A stretch of DNA of 64,000 nucleotides, from positions 32,001 to 96,000 of the forward strand of contig JBBQUR010000018.1 of assembly GCA_038212275.1 (NCBI GenBank), given 5' to 3'. The position numbers were made by a program, and so were the translations under genes. Below are positions 58,432-64,000 of this stretch, piece by piece (position 1 is the stretch's first letter; every line of letters starts with the position of its first letter). The notes below the pieces were generated by a model. The model was not told the origin of the DNA. It was given only the letters and a program-made list of their open reading frames with translations, and did no database searches. This DNA is from Planctomycetota bacterium (GTDB lineage Bacteria; Planctomycetota; B15-G4).

Positions 58432-59642
58432 GCCGCACGAGTCTGCGTTTCCCCGGCGGGATTCTCCAGTCGCACCGGGCGCAGTTCCGCATAAAGCGCG
58501 GCGAGCGCGGCGGCCACGGCCTCCGCATCGTGCCTCGACAGGTCGGTGGCGCGCGCGCCCGCGGACAGTTGCGCGCGCAGCGCGTCGTCGGCGCAGACCG
58601 CGCCGAGCGCCGCGGCCAGCGCCCGTGCGTCTCCGGACGGCACGAGCAGGCCCGACGCGCCGTGCACGAGCAGCGACGGGACGCCGCCCACCGCCGTCGC
58701 GACGACGGGAAGGCCCGACTGCAAGGCCTCGACGATGACCTGCGGCAGACCCTCGTGCGCGGAGCTGAGCGCCACGACATCCAGCGCGCCGTACACCGCG
58801 CCGAGCTCAGCACGCGGCGGCAGCCAGGCTGCGCCCGGCAGCGCGGCCACGCGCGCGCGCACCGCCTCGCCGCAGGGCCCGTCGCCGACGACCAGCAGCC
58901 GCGCGGCTGGCGCCCGCGCGACGACCTCCGGCCACGCCGCCAACAGCAGCTCCACGCGCTTGACGGGCGCGAGGCGCCCCACGCAACCGACGACGACATG
59001 ACCGGACGACCAGCCCAGGCCGGCGCGCAACGCGGCTCCGGCGGTCGCATCCGGTGCCGTGCGCAACCGGTCGATGCCGGGCGGCACGACGACATACTGT
59101 TCCGCACGCCCCACGCGATGCTCGGTCAGCAATTCGTCGCGGATCTCTCCGGCCACCGCGATGAGCCTGTCGGTGCGCGCCGCCAGGCGGCGCTCGCTCA
59201 GACGGAAGGCCGCCGCCACCGGCGCGGCGAAATAACCGGAAAGCACATGACCGTGATAGGTGTGCACCAGCGCGGGGCGGCGCGCCCCGGACGCGTCGGG
59301 ACCGCCGGTCGGCCCGCCCGCAGCGAGCCGTCCGAGCAACCCGGCCTTTGCCGTGTGCGTGTGCACGATGGACGGCCTGTGCTCGGCCACGAGGCGGCGC
59401 AGTTGTCGCAGCACGCGCAGGTCGCGGAGCGGATGGATCGCGCGACCGAGGTCGGGCAGCACGTGCACGTCGACACCCAGCGCGCGCGCCTCGTCCAGCA
59501 GTTCGCCTTCGCACGATTCCGCGCGACCGGTGACAAGCAGCGTGCGCCAGCCGCGGCGGCGCAGAGGTGCGTCGATACGCAGCACGTGCCGAGCGGGCCC
59601 GCCGACGTTGAGGCGCGCGATGATGCGCAGCACGTCGATCAT
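58413..59642 (-). CDS. Glycosyltransferase family 4
   Basis: IARLNVGGPA, VHTHTAKAG, GRLAPVKR, EGLPQVIVEAL. Confidence 0.93.
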   Translation of the reverse strand: MIDVLRIIARLNVGGPARHVLRIDAPLRRRGWRTLLVTGRAESCEGELLDEARALGVDVHVLPDLGRAIHPLRDLRVLRQLRRLVAEHRPSIVHTHTAKAGLLGRLAAGGPTGGPDASGARRPALVHTYHGHVLSGYFAAPVAAAFRLSERRLAARTDRLIAVAGEIRDELLTEHRVGRAEQYVVVPPGIDRLRTAPDATAGAALRAGLGWSSGHVVVGCVGRLAPVKRVELLLAAWPEVVARAPAARLLVVGDGPCGEAVRARVAALPGAAWLPPRAELGAVYGALDVVALSSAHEGLPQVIVEALQSGLPVVATAVGGVPSLLVHGASGLLVPSGDARALAAALGAVCADDALRAQLSAGARATDLSRHDAEAVAAALAALYAELRPVRLENPAGETQTRAACISSS

Positions 59643-59793
59643 CGCGCCGCCTCCGCAGGCGGCGGGCTGCGCCGCAAAAGAGCAGCGCGGCGGAGGGCAC
59701 CGCGTGTGCCTCGTATCCGCCGCGCTCGTTGCACGTCGATCATGTCGCGTTGGACGTCGCCGTGAAGCAGCGACGTCCCGCGCTCTCCTCGGT

Positions 59794-59831
59794 TCGCCCC
59801 GGCCGGATCGCGTGCGATCCGACCGGGGCGA
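59794..59831 (-). terminator. GC-rich stem-loop downstream of the HU gene (no U-tract)
   Basis: TCGCCCCGGTCGGATCGC / GCGATCCGGCCGGGGCGA inverted repeat. Confidence 0.5.
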
Positions 59832-59850
59832 TGCCGGAGAGCCGCGAGGC

Positions 59851-60186
59851 TCAGACCATCGACTTCAGGGCCTTGACCGGCTGGGTCTTGACGACCTTCC
59901 GCGCGGGCTTCGCCTTGAACATCATCTCCTGGCCCGTGAAGGGGTTGATGCCCTTGCGCGCCTTGGTGGCGGGCTTCTTCACGACCTTGATCTTGACCAG
60001 GCCCGGAAGCGTGAACACGCCGGGGCCCTTGCCGCCGAGATCCTTCTTGATCAGGTTGCCGACGTTGTCGAACACCGACGCGACCTGCTTGCGCGAAAGA
60101 CCGGTCTTCTCGGCGACCGTCTTGAAGATGTCGGACTTGGTGCGCGGCTTGGTGCCGCCGTTGCTCGAAGCTGTGTTGTTGGCCAT
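59851..60186 (-). CDS. HU family DNA-binding protein
   Basis: TKSDIFKTVAEKTGLSRKQV...FTLPGLVKI...ARKGINPFTGQ...KAKPARKVVK. Confidence 0.93.
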   Translation of the reverse strand: MANNTASSNGGTKPRTKSDIFKTVAEKTGLSRKQVASVFDNVGNLIKKDLGGKGPGVFTLPGLVKIKVVKKPATKARKGINPFTGQEMMFKAKPARKVVKTQPVKALKSMV

Positions 60187-60464
60187 GGGTTCCTTTTTTT
60201 GACTCCTGGAAACAGATCTCGATTCGAGATCGCGGCCTGACAGTACAGGCGGAAACGGCCGACTCAAAAGAAATTGCCTGCAATTCCAGCAGTTTCTGAG
60301 CCGCTCGAATCGGGCCTGAAAGCAGCCGTTATCCGGTCGCGGGAGACCGCCCGGCGAAGCGTCGGCACGCGCCCGTCGCCGGTCGTCGCCCCGGCGCTCC
60401 GCAGGTGGCTCGCGTCAGCGCGCGCGAGGATCCGGCGACTCCCGGAGCGACGCGGGGAGCGTGA

Positions 60465-60550
60465 TGGAGGCGCCGGGAATCGAACCCGGACGGCCCGTGA
60501 GGGCCAGGGGATTTTAAGTCCCCTGCGTCTGCCTGTTCCGCCACGCCTCC
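60465..60550 (-). tRNA. tRNA-Leu (TAA), CCA not encoded
   Basis: GGAGGCG/CGCCTCC-A acceptor, loop CTTAAAA, long variable arm, GGTTCGATT. Confidence 0.95.
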
Positions 60551-60581
60551 CTGCCCGATCGGCCTGTTTTCACCGTGCTTT

Positions 60582-62294
60582 TCATGCCCGACGCTGCTCG
60601 CCGGCCAGCTCCGCGCGGCGCTCGAGCTCCTGACGCAAGAGCTCACGCCGCAACACTTTGAGCACGCTGCTGCGCGGCAGCGTCGTGCGGAATTCCAGCT
60701 CGCGCGGCAGCTTGTAGGCGGCGAGATGCTGGCGGCCGAACGCGAGCAGGTCGGCCTCCGTGACCGAGGCGCCGGGGCGCTTCACGATGAAGGTTTTCAC
60801 GATCTCCCCCCGCTCCGGATCGGGCACGCCGATGGTGGCCGCCTCGAGCACGGCGGGGTGGCCGGCGAAGGCGTGGTCCACCTCGTCCGGGTAGACCTTG
60901 TAGCCACCCACCACGATCATTTCCTTCTTCCGGCCGACGATGCGGAAGTACCCGTCGGCGTCTCGCGAGGCGAGATCGCCGGTCGCGAACCAGCCGTTTT
61001 TCAGGGCGGCGGCCGTCTCCTCGGGACGGTTCCAGTAGCCGGCCATGACCTGCGGGCCGGCCAGCAGCAGCTCGCCCTCGCCACCCACCGGAAGCACGAC
61101 CGACGCGTCGTCCGTGGACACGATGCGTGCATCCGTGTCCGGAAGCGGCAGGCCCACGGTGCCGATGCGGCGCTCGCCGGACACCGGGTTCACGTGCGTG
61201 GCGGCGGTGGTCTCGGTGAGGCCGTAGCCCTCGAAGATGCGTCCGCCGGTGAGCTGCTCGAAGCGCTGCAGAGTATCGAGCGTGAGCGGCGCGCTGCCGG
61301 AGAAGCAGCCCTTCACGCTGCGCAGGTCGTAGCGCTCGACGTCCGGCAGACGCGTGATGGCGCTGAACATCGCCGGCACGAGCGCGAGCACTGTCACGCG
61401 CTGCCTGTCGATGAGCGACAGCAGGCCGCGCGTGTCGCGCGGGTCCGGCACGAGCACGATCGCGCCGCCGATCCACAAGGGGAGATCGAGGCACACCGTG
61501 AGGCCGAAGACATGGAAGTACGGAAGCGCTGCGAGGAAGACGTCGTGCCCGTGCTCGAGCGTGGTGAGCCACGCGACGAGCTGCTGGGATCCGCACGAAA
61601 GATTGCGATGCGTGAGCATCGCGCCCTTCGCGCGGCCGGTCGTCCCTCCGGTGTACTGCAGCATCGCGATGTCGTCGAGCTGCGCGACGTCGGTGCGCGG
61701 CGCGTCGCTGCCGCGCGCGAGCAGCGAGCGGAAGTGCAGCACGCCGGACCGCTCGGGGATGTCCGCGACGAGCGGCGGCGTGCGCCGTGCGAGCACGCGC
61801 CGCGCGATCAGGCGCTTCCACCACGGAAAGAGGTCGGGCATCGAGCACACGATCCAGTGCTTGACGGGAACGCGGGCGGCCAGCGTGACGAGCCGGTCCT
61901 TCCAGCCCGCATCGAGCACGAAGGCGTGACTGATCCCCGCGTCCTGCCACTGGTGCTCGATCTCGTCGTCGGTGTAGATCGGGTTGGTGAGCACGGCCTG
62001 CGCGCCCAGCGAGAGCGTCGCGCAGAAGGCGATCACGGTCTGCGGCGAATTGGGCAGCTGGATGGCGACGCGCGTGCCGGGACCGACGCCAAGCGAAGCC
62101 AGTCCGGAGGCCGCCCGATCCACCAGGCGCTGCAGGGCCGCATAGCGGATCACGGTGCCTTCGAAGATCAGCGCCGGCCGCTCGGGAAAGCGCCGCGCCG
62201 AGCGACGCAGCGCCGCCGGCATCGTGAGTTCCTCGTAGGTGAGCGACGCCGGCACTCCCGCGTCGTAGCGGCGATGCCAGTCGCGCGCTTCCAC
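60582..62294 (-). CDS. Long-chain-fatty-acid-CoA ligase (FadD-like)
   Basis: YTGGTTGRAKG, EGYGLTE, GPQVMAGYW, TGD, GRKKEM; GTG start inferred. Confidence 0.93.
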   Translation of the reverse strand: MEARDWHRRYDAGVPASLTYEELTMPAALRRSARRFPERPALIFEGTVIRYAALQRLVDRAASGLASLGVGPGTRVAIQLPNSPQTVIAFCATLSLGAQAVLTNPIYTDDEIEHQWQDAGISHAFVLDAGWKDRLVTLAARVPVKHWIVCSMPDLFPWWKRLIARRVLARRTPPLVADIPERSGVLHFRSLLARGSDAPRTDVAQLDDIAMLQYTGGTTGRAKGAMLTHRNLSCGSQQLVAWLTTLEHGHDVFLAALPYFHVFGLTVCLDLPLWIGGAIVLVPDPRDTRGLLSLIDRQRVTVLALVPAMFSAITRLPDVERYDLRSVKGCFSGSAPLTLDTLQRFEQLTGGRIFEGYGLTETTAATHVNPVSGERRIGTVGLPLPDTDARIVSTDDASVVLPVGGEGELLLAGPQVMAGYWNRPEETAAALKNGWFATGDLASRDADGYFRIVGRKKEMIVVGGYKVYPDEVDHAFAGHPAVLEAATIGVPDPERGEIVKTFIVKRPGASVTEADLLAFGRQHLAAYKLPRELEFRTTLPRSSVLKVLRRELLRQELERRAELAGEQRRA

Positions 62295-62296
62295 GT

Positions 62297-63541
62297 TCAG
62301 GAACCCGCGGCGGCCTGCGGCGTGCCGGCCGGCGGGACCGGCGGCGTCCAGCCGGGCAGCGCCTCGAACACGGCGGCGGCGCCCATGCCCCCGCCGACGC
62401 ACATCGTCACGACGCCGAAGCGCTGCTTTCGGCGATGCAACTCGTGCAGCAGGGTCGTCGTGAGGCGGCTGCCGGTGGCGCCCAGCGGATGCCCCAGCGC
62501 GATCGCGCCACCGTTCACGTTGACGCGATCCTCGCGCAGGCCGAGCGTGCGCACGCAATGCAGCGCCTGCGACGCGAAGGCCTCGTTGAGCTCGAAGAGG
62601 TCGATCTGGTCCATGGTCAGCCCCGCACGCGCGACGGCGGCCGGCACGGCGTGCACCGGCCCGATGCCCATGAGTCCGGGCGGCACGCCGACGACCGCGT
62701 AAGAACGCATGACGGCCATGGGTTTCAGTCCCAGCGCTGCGGCACGCTCTTCGGCGAGCAGCAGGAGCACGGCGGCGCCGTCGCTCGTCTGGCTGCTGTT
62801 GCCGGCCGTCACGGTGCCGCCGGTGCGGAACACGGCCGGCAGCTTCGCGAGGCCCTCGGCGCTCGTGTCGCGGCGCGGCCCGTCGTCGGCCGTGACGACG
62901 GACTCGTCGATCACGACACCGCCGCCCTGCGGTGCGGGGCGGGCGACGCGCACCGCAACCGGCACGATCTCGTCGCGGAATCGGCCGGCGGCCGCTGCGG
63001 CCAGCGCCTTGCGATGGCTGCCCAGCGCGAAGGCATCCTGGTCGGCTCGCGAGACCTTGTATTGCTCCGCGACACGCTCCGCCGTGAGCCCCATGCCGAT
63101 GTAGGCATCCGGCTCGAGGTTGGCGAGTGCTGCATTGGGCCGGAAGACGTGCCCGGTCATCGGCACGAGCGTCATGGACTCCAGCCCGCCAGCCAGGATG
63201 GCTGTCGCCGCGCCGCTGGCGATGCGCTCGCTGGCCTGCGCGATGCTCTGCAGGCCGCTGGCGCAGAAGCGGTTGACCGTCATCGCCGGCACGCTCTCCG
63301 GCAGGCCGGCTGCCAGCACGACGAGGCGCGCGACGTTGAGTCCCTGCTCCGCCTCGGGAAAAGCGCAGCCGAGAATCAGGTCCTCGACCTCCGCCGGGTC
63401 GAAGCCCGGGGCGCGTGCGAGCGCCGCACGCAGCGCGACGACGGCGAGGTCGTCGGGCCGCACGCGGGAAAAGCCGCCGCGACCGGCGCGCGTCACGGGC
63501 GTGCGCGCCGCCGACACGATGACCGCGCGGGTGGCCGTCAT
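62297..63541 (-). CDS. fadA: Acetyl-CoA C-acyltransferase (thiolase)
   Basis: NRFCASG, NEAFA, GGAIALGHPLGATG, MCVGGGMG. Confidence 0.94.
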   Translation of the reverse strand: MTATRAVIVSAARTPVTRAGRGGFSRVRPDDLAVVALRAALARAPGFDPAEVEDLILGCAFPEAEQGLNVARLVVLAAGLPESVPAMTVNRFCASGLQSIAQASERIASGAATAILAGGLESMTLVPMTGHVFRPNAALANLEPDAYIGMGLTAERVAEQYKVSRADQDAFALGSHRKALAAAAAGRFRDEIVPVAVRVARPAPQGGGVVIDESVVTADDGPRRDTSAEGLAKLPAVFRTGGTVTAGNSSQTSDGAAVLLLLAEERAAALGLKPMAVMRSYAVVGVPPGLMGIGPVHAVPAAVARAGLTMDQIDLFELNEAFASQALHCVRTLGLREDRVNVNGGAIALGHPLGATGSRLTTTLLHELHRRKQRFGVVTMCVGGGMGAAAVFEALPGWTPPVPPAGTPQAAAGS

Positions 63542-63682
63542 GGCTGCCTCCGCAAGGCGTGCATCACGGCGGACCCGCGCGCGCCCGAGGTCGCGGGGGC
63601 CGCGCGCGCCGCGTCGAGCGGGCTGCGGGCGCGGGTGGAACTGTTCGTCGCACGTCGTAGGGTCATGGCGGTCGGTCTCATC

Positions 63683-64000
63683 TCAGTTGCGCAGCGGCTT
63701 GCCGGTGGTCAGCAGGGCTTTCATGCGCGCGTGCGTGAGCGGCTCGCCCGCGAGCGAGACGAAGGCCTCGCGCTCCAGGTCGAGCAGGTGCTGCTCGGAC
63801 ACGCGCGTCGCGTGGGCGACCTCGCCGCCGCAGAGCACGTGCGCCAGCCTGCCCGCGACGGCCGCGTCGTGATCGCTGATCATGCGTGCTTCGAGCATGT
63901 TCCACAGCGCGACGTGCAGCGCGGCGATGCCGGCGCCGCCGAGTACGCGCAGGTCCTGCCGCGGCGGGCGCGGGCGGTAGCCGTCGCGTGCGGCATCCAG
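63683..64000 (-). CDS. 3-hydroxyacyl-CoA dehydrogenase/enoyl-CoA hydratase (FadN-like), C-terminal part
   Basis: LLDLEREAFVSL...TGKPLRN C-terminus; upstream of thiolase; runs off right edge. Confidence 0.85.
   Translation of the reverse strand: MDAARDGYRPRPPRQDLRVLGGAGIAALHVALWNMLEARMISDHDAAVAGRLAHVLCGGEVAHATRVSEQHLLDLEREAFVSLAGEPLTHARMKALLTTGKPLRN

Noticed and set aside
33003..60550. Glycan locus as a genomic island integrated at tRNA-Leu
   Set aside because: No integrase or transposase, no duplicated tRNA 3' end seen, and overall composition resembles the flanks
63538..63666. 42-aa minus-strand ORF (MTLRRATNSS...) ending in an ATGA overlap with the thiolase
   Set aside because: Low-complexity Ala/Arg content, no motif, likely chance in GC-rich intergenic DNA

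Overview
High-GC bacterial chromosome segment, very probably Planctomycetota (EF-Tu effector loop '[16 protein letters not shown]', RpoB rifampicin region '[13 protein letters not shown]', multi-TM SecE, no rpmD). About 1-29.8 kb is the minus-strand translation/transcription supercluster: tRNA-Thr/Tyr/Gly/Thr, tuf, rpmG, tRNA-Trp, secE, nusG, rplKAJL, rpoBC, rpsLG, fusA, then the S10, spc and alpha operons, truncated in rpsD at the left edge. About 29.8-35 kb holds housekeeping genes: aroC, a REC protein, a cystathionine gamma-lyase/synthase, an IHF/HU protein, dtd and trpS. About 35-59.6 kb is a cell-surface glycan locus: five GT4 glycosyltransferases, a WecA-type initiator, a Wzx-type flippase, a GT-C-type transferase, a deacetylase, a GNAT, a methyltransferase, two cobalamin-type radical SAM enzymes, a third radical-SAM paralogue lacking the CxxxCxxC loop, a membrane-anchored YetA/PL26-like protein and an orphan toroid-like protein. 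The right end has HU, tRNA-Leu(TAA) and a beta-oxidation operon, truncated at the edge. The main signals are the apparent radical-SAM pseudoenzyme within the glycan operon, an str-operon EF-G with degenerate domain IV tip loops behind a triplicated Shine-Dalgarno 15-mer, and a recurring 27-bp palindrome near both HU/IHF promoters. All calls come from motif recognition by eye; no searches were run.
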